The position numbers and the translations under genes are program-made. The notes beneath the pieces were generated by a model. That model saw only the letters and a list, made by a program, of their open reading frames with translations, was not told the DNA's origin and did no database searches. From assembly GCA_963666315.2 (NCBI GenBank), contig CAXXHG010000011.1, positions 1 to 57,084 on the forward strand: 57,084 nucleotides of DNA, read 5' to 3'. This document shows, in pieces, positions 50,538-57,084 of the stretch. How positions within the stretch are numbered: the first letter of the stretch is position 1; every line of letters starts with the position of its first letter. The DNA is from Candidatus Binatia bacterium. GTDB lineage: Bacteria; Desulfobacterota; Binatia; Bin18.

Positions 50538-53500
50538 TTATAGCTGGTTCTCATCAAAGATGCGGAAGCTACAATCAAAGCGTTCGAGACTGAGATGCGG
50601 ACTATAATACGGGTCTCCGGCCTGGATCGTACTCTCCCAGCGTCTGCGAAAATATTCTTCATCACTGAGAGGATGCAAACTTTTCCGCGAGGCTGATTCT
50701 ATATGGTAGAGCAGGGCGTAGGGCGTATAAACAATGTTATAGCCTTTGTCGCGAACGCGCAGGCAGAGGTCGATGTCGTTAAAGGCGACCTTGATATTCT
50801 CGTCAAAACCTCCAACCTCATCAAAGACGGCCTTCGGCATCATCATGCACGCAGCCGTTACAGCGCTATAGTTCCGAATAACACGCGGCAGACCAAAATA
50901 GCCGTGCTCGTCTTTTGACATATGACAAAACAAATGCCCGGCGACACCGCGATGTCCATACACTACTCCCGCATGCTGGATCGTGTTGTTCGCATACAGC
51001 AATTTTGCTCCAACTGCGCCAATCCCCGGCCTTTGGGCGTGCTCGAGCATTGCCGAGAGCCATTCTTCAGCAATGACTTTGGTGTCGTTATTGAGGAAGA
51101 GGAGAAAGTCTCCCTGGGCATGTTTCGCCCCGGCATTATTCAGATACGAATAGTTAAAGGGGCCGGGCAAGGCCACAACACGGTGCGAACTCTGAGAAAG
51201 ATAGTCCAGGGTTTCGGCCCGCTCGCTTTGGTTATCTAAGATAATAATTTCGAAATTCCGGTAGCTCGTTTTTTGTTCAATCGATTGGATACAACCAATG
51301 AGGAGTTCGAGCCGATCTTTGGTCGGGATCAATATGGAAACACGCGGCTGGCCGACGATGTCATAACGGACGCGGTAGCGGAACGGCGTGACCGGCTCAT
51401 CGAGTACCTCAGCAGCAATCCCCTGCCGGTCGACATGGGCCAGCAGCGCACGCCGGCCTGCGTCTTGGGCTGCTGGTTTGGACTGTGGGTTTACAGCCGT
51501 TGATGCGGCAATTTGTCGCCAGCTATACAGCGGTTTTGCAATATGTCCGATGTGTTGCGTCTTTTCGCTCAGGCGCAGCAGCAGATCATAGTCCTGGCTC
51601 CCTTCCAGCCCTTCAGTCAGGCCCCCCAGCTCTTGGAGCAGTGTCTGGCGGATCACGCAGAAATGTCCGATATAATTCATGGACCGCAACAGATCCGGAG
51701 ACCAGTCGGGCTTAAAAAAAGGCTCCCAGCGCTGTCCTTGGACGGTAATCTTTTCCTCATCAGTATAGACGACGTCCAGCTCGGGTTGCGCGTTGAGGAG
51801 TTTGACGACCTCTGCCAGGGCGTCAGGGGCGAGCTCATCGTCATGGTCGAGAAATCCAACAAATTCGCCGCTTGCAAGACGGATAGCCTGATTGGTAGTG
51901 ACAGCGATCCCAGCGTTTTGCGTCCGGGTCTGGACTCGAATCCGTTCGTCATGCTGTTCGTATTCCGCTAAAACTCGCCCCACATGCTCTCGGCTGGAAG
52001 CATCATCACAAATACACAACTGCCAGTGGGGATAGACCTGTTCACACACCGACTCGATCGCGCTACGCAGCCATACTTCATCAGGATTATAGACGGGCAT
52101 GACAATGCTGATGAGCGGTGTAACCTCCAGCCTGTCTAGCTCTTGTTGCAGGCGCGGACGCTGCTCAGGGGTGAAGGCATACCGCTCACGCCACAGACGA
52201 TAGGCCTCTTTGTCCGGAGGAGGAGCCCCGCTGTGTTTTTGTGTCTCCTTGACGGCCTCGGTGAGCCCATCCTGAGAATACCTGACGAATGCGCGTTTCA
52301 GGACATTATACAGTCGTCCTCGTCGCGAGTCCGGAGGCGCAACAATCCGTTCTCTCAAGTAGTAAAACCGAACAAGGATGCGCCAGCCGACGCTACGGTA
52401 AATGCGCCCGAGCGCATTTTGTAACGCCCGGGCTCGACTCGCTTCTTGTTCCAGTTCGGTTTCGAGACCCTGGACTTGAACCTCTCGTGCTTTCCGAATG
52501 CGTCGCTCTTCCTCGCGCGCGACCTGCATTTTCTGCAGTCCGGCCTGGGCCTGATTCAATTGCGCGCTTAGTTGCGCGCGCTCTTGCGCGTGGGTTGCGG
52601 CTTGCTGCTTGGCCCGTTCGCCCTCTTGCTGGAGCGTCGTGACAAGGGATTGTATTTCTCGATTGCGGGAAGCCAGGCGAACGGCAAAACGCGCAGCCTG
52701 GTCCACTATAACAGCACCTCCTTCCGGCTTTCGGAGCGGCTGCTGCCGAACCTCTTCGTAAATCGCCTCAAGCGTTTGCGCATGTTCCGCTAATGAGGGA
52801 GAAGGAGTAGCCGGCTTTTTCCGCAACCTTTCGAGCACAGAGGGCGTATCGAGTATGTCTTGAATTTTCTGCGCAAGCTGCTCGGAATTCCCAGCCGTAA
52901 AGACGAGGCCCGCTTGCCCTACCCGTTCCGCCAACGCCCCGCGGTCTGACACAATAACGGGCAAGCCAAGCTGAAATGCTTCGTCCAAAACCAAGCCATA
53001 GGATTCCGCGGCTAAGGACGGAAAGACGGCAAGATCGACGTCGAGCTGACTCAGATCATCCGGCTGGTATTCTCCCAAAAAGGTCACGCTAAGCCCGTCT
53101 GCGAGTTTCTTCAGTGATTCAAGATAGGGCGGATCCGGGGCCAATCCAGCAAGATGGACCTCAACCGCTGCCGGGTCGCGCAGCTTACGAACAGCCTCAA
53201 GAATAAGGTGTACGCCTTTAAAGTCGATGAGATATCCCCAATAGGCGATGCGGAGTCGACGCTCGGGAAAGCCTGGAGAGCGGTTGTCCAAACGCGGTCG
53301 CAGTTGGGTAATGGCGCAATTCGGAACAACCTGAAACCGTTCGAGATTCACCTGTAAGAGACGACTCAAGAGCTGCCGATGCGTCTCGGACGGGACAAGC
53401 AAGCGGCTCGCGAGCTGTAACTCCTCACTGAGTTGTTGTTGGCGTACAGCTATTATTTGCTCGACTTCCGCTTCGGTTTGCCAGGATTGTCGATCAACAC

Positions 53501-53993
53501 AGCGCGCGCACATAGACGGCGTTGGCGGTTCCTGACAAAAATATCCGTGTTTGTGCTGACGGTGGATTCGGGCACACGAGGTCCATAGATCATGCAGGGT
53601 CACCACCGTTGGAATGCCGAAATCGGTCGCGATCGCAACAAGAGTATTCGTCAACCGCAGCCAATGATGGACGTGGATCACATTCGGCTGTACAAGCTGT
53701 AGATGTTGGCGAACAACCTGCTCCGCCTCAGGGTTATAGGGATCAAGTTGCCGTTCTCGCCACGGAGGAAGCAAAGGACTCACATAGCGGGAAACAGAAA
53801 TGCCACGCTCTTCAGTCGTGACAAAGGCGGGGCCTTGGGCCAAGGCATACGACCCGGCTAAAACATGACAGTCGTGTCCCCGCTCTTGCAGTGCAGCTGT
53901 GAGCGCTTGGCTGTACAGTTCTGTTCCTGCGATGAATTCCGGCGGGTAGCCTTGAACAATCTGAAGAATGCGTAACGGTTGAGACTGTTCCAC
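50538..53993 (-). CDS. Multidomain glycosyltransferase: GT4 - coiled coil - GT2 - GT2
   Basis: GT-B motifs (GTELY, TLHD, KGVH, ESYGLVLDEA); Q/E/R-rich coil; ISIVMPVYN...FLDHDD; VSILIPTKD...LNNDT...AVTAAC. Confidence 0.92.
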   Translation of the reverse strand: MEQSQPLRILQIVQGYPPEFIAGTELYSQALTAALQERGHDCHVLAGSYALAQGPAFVTTEERGISVSRYVSPLLPPWRERQLDPYNPEAEQVVRQHLQLVQPNVIHVHHWLRLTNTLVAIATDFGIPTVVTLHDLWTSCARIHRQHKHGYFCQEPPTPSMCARCVDRQSWQTEAEVEQIIAVRQQQLSEELQLASRLLVPSETHRQLLSRLLQVNLERFQVVPNCAITQLRPRLDNRSPGFPERRLRIAYWGYLIDFKGVHLILEAVRKLRDPAAVEVHLAGLAPDPPYLESLKKLADGLSVTFLGEYQPDDLSQLDVDLAVFPSLAAESYGLVLDEAFQLGLPVIVSDRGALAERVGQAGLVFTAGNSEQLAQKIQDILDTPSVLERLRKKPATPSPSLAEHAQTLEAIYEEVRQQPLRKPEGGAVIVDQAARFAVRLASRNREIQSLVTTLQQEGERAKQQAATHAQERAQLSAQLNQAQAGLQKMQVAREEERRIRKAREVQVQGLETELEQEASRARALQNALGRIYRSVGWRILVRFYYLRERIVAPPDSRRGRLYNVLKRAFVRYSQDGLTEAVKETQKHSGAPPPDKEAYRLWRERYAFTPEQRPRLQQELDRLEVTPLISIVMPVYNPDEVWLRSAIESVCEQVYPHWQLCICDDASSREHVGRVLAEYEQHDERIRVQTRTQNAGIAVTTNQAIRLASGEFVGFLDHDDELAPDALAEVVKLLNAQPELDVVYTDEEKITVQGQRWEPFFKPDWSPDLLRSMNYIGHFCVIRQTLLQELGGLTEGLEGSQDYDLLLRLSEKTQHIGHIAKPLYSWRQIAASTAVNPQSKPAAQDAGRRALLAHVDRQGIAAEVLDEPVTPFRYRVRYDIVGQPRVSILIPTKDRLELLIGCIQSIEQKTSYRNFEIIILDNQSERAETLDYLSQSSHRVVALPGPFNYSYLNNAGAKHAQGDFLLFLNNDTKVIAEEWLSAMLEHAQRPGIGAVGAKLLYANNTIQHAGVVYGHRGVAGHLFCHMSKDEHGYFGLPRVIRNYSAVTAACMMMPKAVFDEVGGFDENIKVAFNDIDLCLRVRDKGYNIVYTPYALLYHIESASRKSLHPLSDEEYFRRRWESTIQAGDPYYSPHLSLERFDCSFRIFDENQL

Positions 53994-54229
53994 CCCATCA
54001 TCCCTTCGTGGCGCTATTCAGAAAAATATTGGCGAGCTTTGGACTAGTCCGTATGCCATGCCGCAAGGTCATATGTTATCCTTTTCCTTTGATGTTCTAT
54101 GCAGTATGCGATAAGTAGCCTGGACAGAAAAGGGCCAGGACCGACATTGACGGCTTCTCGCAACTGCGCTACTAACCATCCTAATCTAGAGAGTCGCTTC
54201 TCCAACTGGACATATGAGGAGCAGAGAGA

Positions 54230-54517
54230 ATGACAAAGCAAGGTCTTGTCCTAGCAGGTATCGTAGGCACGTTGATAATGACTCCTACTCCCGCTCACGC
54301 CTATTTGGATCCGGGAACTGGTAGTATGTTCCTTCAGCTCTTGCTTGGCGGACTGGCGGGGCTAGCCGTCCTGTTAAAACTATACTGGCAGCGCCTCTTA
54401 TCGTTTTTTGGTTTTGGCCATCAAGAGAGTGACCTCGTCGCCAAGGGCGAAATCGTGGCCGAGGGCGATGCCCTAGCGTCGGAGCCGGAATCCGAAACGG
54501 AAGGTCAGCAGCACTGA
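54230..54517 (+). CDS. Small YLDPGTGS-motif membrane protein
   Basis: GAGGAG RBS; signal-like N-terminus AHA-YLDPGTGS, TM helix, acidic tail. Confidence 0.85.
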   Translation: MTKQGLVLAGIVGTLIMTPTPAHAYLDPGTGSMFLQLLLGGLAGLAVLLKLYWQRLLSFFGFGHQESDLVAKGEIVAEGDALASEPESETEGQQH

Positions 54518-54551
54518 ATCGATTTCCTCTCCCCTCAAACACCCACTCATA

Positions 54552-55955
54552 ATGCCCGCCTTTGATCCAGGATCGTTCCGGGACCGGACGAGCCGCGTCT
54601 TTTACGCCGAGGGCAGGGTCTTCCGAGGGCTGACCCCGCATGCCATGCAGGAATGGGCAGCCTTATCGTCAGCAGCATTTTTTCGTCGATTCGTTACCGA
54701 GGGGAAGCTTGTTCAGACCGAGCCTGTCGCACCGGACGCTCTGCCGCATGGCGTTTCCCTGGAGCAATGGGCCCTCATTCTCAAGCATCACACCATCCCC
54801 TTCATTTCCTACCCGTATGAATGGTCGTTTAGCATGCTTAAAGATGCCGCGCTCCTCCACCTTGATCTTCTCCAGGCTGCGCTGGCAGAGGACATGATCC
54901 TCAAAGACGCCACCCCATTTAATATCCAGTGGAACGGCAGTCAGCCTATTTTTATCGATATCCCTTCTTTTGAGCGGCTTCGCCACGGCGAGCCCTGGAT
55001 TGGATATCGACAGTTCTGCCAGCTCTTCCTCTATCCGCTCCTTCTCCAAGCGTACAAAGGGCTTCCATTTCAGCCCTGGCTACGTGGGAGTATCGACGGG
55101 GTGACGCCTGTGGATTGTGCCAGCCTGATGTCCTGGCGCGATCTTGTGCGGCCAGGCGTACTGTCTCATGTCACGCTTCAGGCCAAAGTGCAATTGGCCT
55201 ATGCTGGGACCGATCGGAATATGAAGCGAGAACTCCATAGCGCCGGCTTCCATAAGAATATGATCCAGGCCAATGTCAGACGACTGACACGTCTCATTCA
55301 GCGCTTAGGCTGGAAACAGACGAAATCCACGTGGTCTACGTATGCTGAGAATCCGCCGTATACGCAGGCCGGGCGAGAGCATAAAGCCAATTTCGTTCGG
55401 CGCGTCACCGCCTCCCAGACGTGGGACCTGGTGTGGGATCTGGGTTGTAACACTGGCACCTTTTCGCGGATTGCAGCACAAAACGCCAATTCCGTTGTCG
55501 CAATGGACATTGACCCCCTGGTTATTGAACGTTTCTATGTGTCACTAAAAAATAAGCGGCAGCAAACAATTCTGCCGCTTATCAGCAATCTGGCTGATCC
55601 CTCACCGAATTTGGGCTGGCGTGGACTCGAGCGGAAAGCGCTGAGGGAGCGAGGGAACCCGGATCTTATCTTATGTCTGGCGTTGCTTCACCATATGGTC
55701 ATTGGCGCGCATATTCCGCTCAAAGAATTTGTTGACTGGCTGGCGGAACTTGGCGGCGCGCTTATTATTGAGTTCGTCAGCCGAGACGATCCCATGGTCA
55801 AAACATTATTACGGAATAAAGCCGATCACTACACGGACTATGACCTCACTTATTTCGAACGCTGCCTGTCCGAGGCGTTCGATATTCGCGAACGTGAGCC
55901 GCTTACAACACGCACACGAATTCTTTATTACGCTCACAGCAAAGAGCGCTCGTGA
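54552..55955 (+). CDS. NoeA-like protein: N-terminal kinase-like region plus class I SAM methyltransferase
   Basis: SFRD, FISYPYEWSFSMLKDAALL, LKDATPFNIQW, FIDIPSF; WDLGCNTG, LALLHH, DDPMVK.LL.NK. Confidence 0.85.
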   Translation: MPAFDPGSFRDRTSRVFYAEGRVFRGLTPHAMQEWAALSSAAFFRRFVTEGKLVQTEPVAPDALPHGVSLEQWALILKHHTIPFISYPYEWSFSMLKDAALLHLDLLQAALAEDMILKDATPFNIQWNGSQPIFIDIPSFERLRHGEPWIGYRQFCQLFLYPLLLQAYKGLPFQPWLRGSIDGVTPVDCASLMSWRDLVRPGVLSHVTLQAKVQLAYAGTDRNMKRELHSAGFHKNMIQANVRRLTRLIQRLGWKQTKSTWSTYAENPPYTQAGREHKANFVRRVTASQTWDLVWDLGCNTGTFSRIAAQNANSVVAMDIDPLVIERFYVSLKNKRQQTILPLISNLADPSPNLGWRGLERKALRERGNPDLILCLALLHHMVIGAHIPLKEFVDWLAELGGALIIEFVSRDDPMVKTLLRNKADHYTDYDLTYFERCLSEAFDIREREPLTTRTRILYYAHSKERS

Positions 55956-56021
55956 GAGCAGGGGCCAGCTTCCGCTCCGACAGAGCGGGGCTATACCGCT
56001 CGTCGGGCTGAAGGCCATCTA

Positions 56022-57084
56022 GTGGAACCGCACCAAAAACTGATCTTTCTGCACATCCCAAAAACTGCGGGAACGTCCGTACGCGCTATTGTCGAACAAG
56101 AATATCCCAAAGACGCGTGTGTGCAGGTCTATACCAATAGTCCCGAGTTTTATGAGACGATCCGAGAGGCTGTAGCAAAAGCAAAAGCGCTGTACGGACA
56201 TACCTTCTATGGTATCCATGAATGGTTCGACATAGACGTGCGCTATATCGCCTTTGTCCGCAATCCCATTCATCGGGTGATCTCATTCTATAACCATCAA
56301 CTCCTGGATAAGAACAGTCTCCATTATGAAGAGGTTCATGACCGGGGGATGACGATCCGGGACATGCTTCATGCCGGAAGCTCTTTGGAGATGAACAATC
56401 TTATGGTCCGGATTATTAGCGGCTATGGCGGCACCGACATAACCGATGATACGGCGCTATGGGATAATGCTATTGCGAATATCGAGCGGCATTTTGAGTT
56501 CGTCGGGTTAACAGAACGCATGCCAGAGTCCGTCAACATCCTGGCTCAGAGGCTGGGCTGGGGGAGACACCGCATACCACGTCTCAACATCACCCCATCC
56601 TGCCCTGAAATCGACGCTGCAACCAGGGCGACTATTAAAGAATACAACCGACTAGACCTCATGCTGTACGAGTACGTGGAAAAACATTTTCCACCCAACC
56701 CCGATCTGTTCAACGGGCTGGGAGGGCAGGTCCGAAAGTTTTTCGGTTCGCGATACGCCAGGCCGGCAGGATTATTCCAGACTGAGCCGTTTGCCGGTCT
56801 TGTAGGGCAGCCCATAAGCAAGTTTCCTATTCCGGAGGCCCAAAGCCTCGCGGTGCGGGTCGATACTCCCCAGGCGTCTACAGCGTCTGATCCACAAGGC
56901 TCTCTCACCCCTGCCTACATCACCGGTCGAATTCAGTCGGAACAAACTCCGCTCAATCCACCTCCTCTCGCACTGGCAATCAACGGGACAATTCGGTCGC
57001 TCACACAGCCGTGGACGTTTCCAGTCAACGGCCGATACGGACGCTGGTGTACCGTGGTTCCTCAGGCCTCTTTCCACGTGGAGC
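56022..57084 (+). CDS. Sulfotransferase family 2 protein with extra C-terminal domain (runs off window)
   Basis: Not in ORF track; manual translation LIFLHIPKTAGTS (5'-PAPS-binding loop), FVRNPIHRVISFY (3'-phosphate binding), FEFVGLTE, NRLDLMLY; frame open to the window end. Confidence 0.88.
   Translation, partial: MEPHQKLIFLHIPKTAGTSVRAIVEQEYPKDACVQVYTNSPEFYETIREAVAKAKALYGHTFYGIHEWFDIDVRYIAFVRNPIHRVISFYNHQLLDKNSLHYEEVHDRGMTIRDMLHAGSSLEMNNLMVRIISGYGGTDITDDTALWDNAIANIERHFEFVGLTERMPESVNILAQRLGWGRHRIPRLNITPSCPEIDAATRATIKEYNRLDLMLYEYVEKHFPPNPDLFNGLGGQVRKFFGSRYARPAGLFQTEPFAGLVGQPISKFPIPEAQSLAVRVDTPQASTASDPQGSLTPAYITGRIQSEQTPLNPPPLALAINGTIRSLTQPWTFPVNGRYGRWCTVVPQASFHVE

Noticed and set aside
53994-54229. 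ops/JUMPstart element ahead of the glycan operon
   Set aside because: No GGCGGTAG match on either strand.

Overview
Bacterial chromosomal window with a repertoire (amidohydrolases, luciferase-like monooxygenases, an Ig-like LENP...SGW secreted domain, a Sec-peroxiredoxin) reminiscent of uncultured deltaproteobacteria-like lineages such as Binatia; this taxonomic guess is inference only. The left half (1-25 kb) is a metabolic patchwork: LLM and FAD monooxygenases, an aldehyde:ferredoxin oxidoreductase with a frameshifted HAD gene, amidohydrolases, two PLP aminotransferases, a KamA-family radical SAM enzyme, clpB, and an exported peroxiredoxin split by an in-frame UGA with a SECIS-like hairpin (probable selenoprotein, which the ORF track splits into two). 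The middle holds tamA/tamB, yihY, and a GC-rich, multiply frameshifted DUF11-repeat surface protein with a poly-G tract and an IPTL-CTERM signal extended by extra TM helices, next to an IS982 remnant. The right 20 kb is a surface-glycan locus: a long minus-strand run (GT4-coiled-coil-GT2-GT2, LtaS/sulfatase-superfamily transferase, three GT2s, priming transferase, O-antigen ligase, heterodimeric ABC exporter, aminopeptidase lipoprotein) divergent from a YLDPGTGS membrane peptide, a NoeA-like kinase-fold/methyltransferase and a sulfotransferase. The sulfotransferase shares an unnamed C-terminal domain with the LtaS-like protein. This module is the best candidate for an undescribed system. Several frameshifts, deletion scars and remnants point to gene decay, assembly error or both. 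No rRNA, tRNA or CRISPR array was seen.
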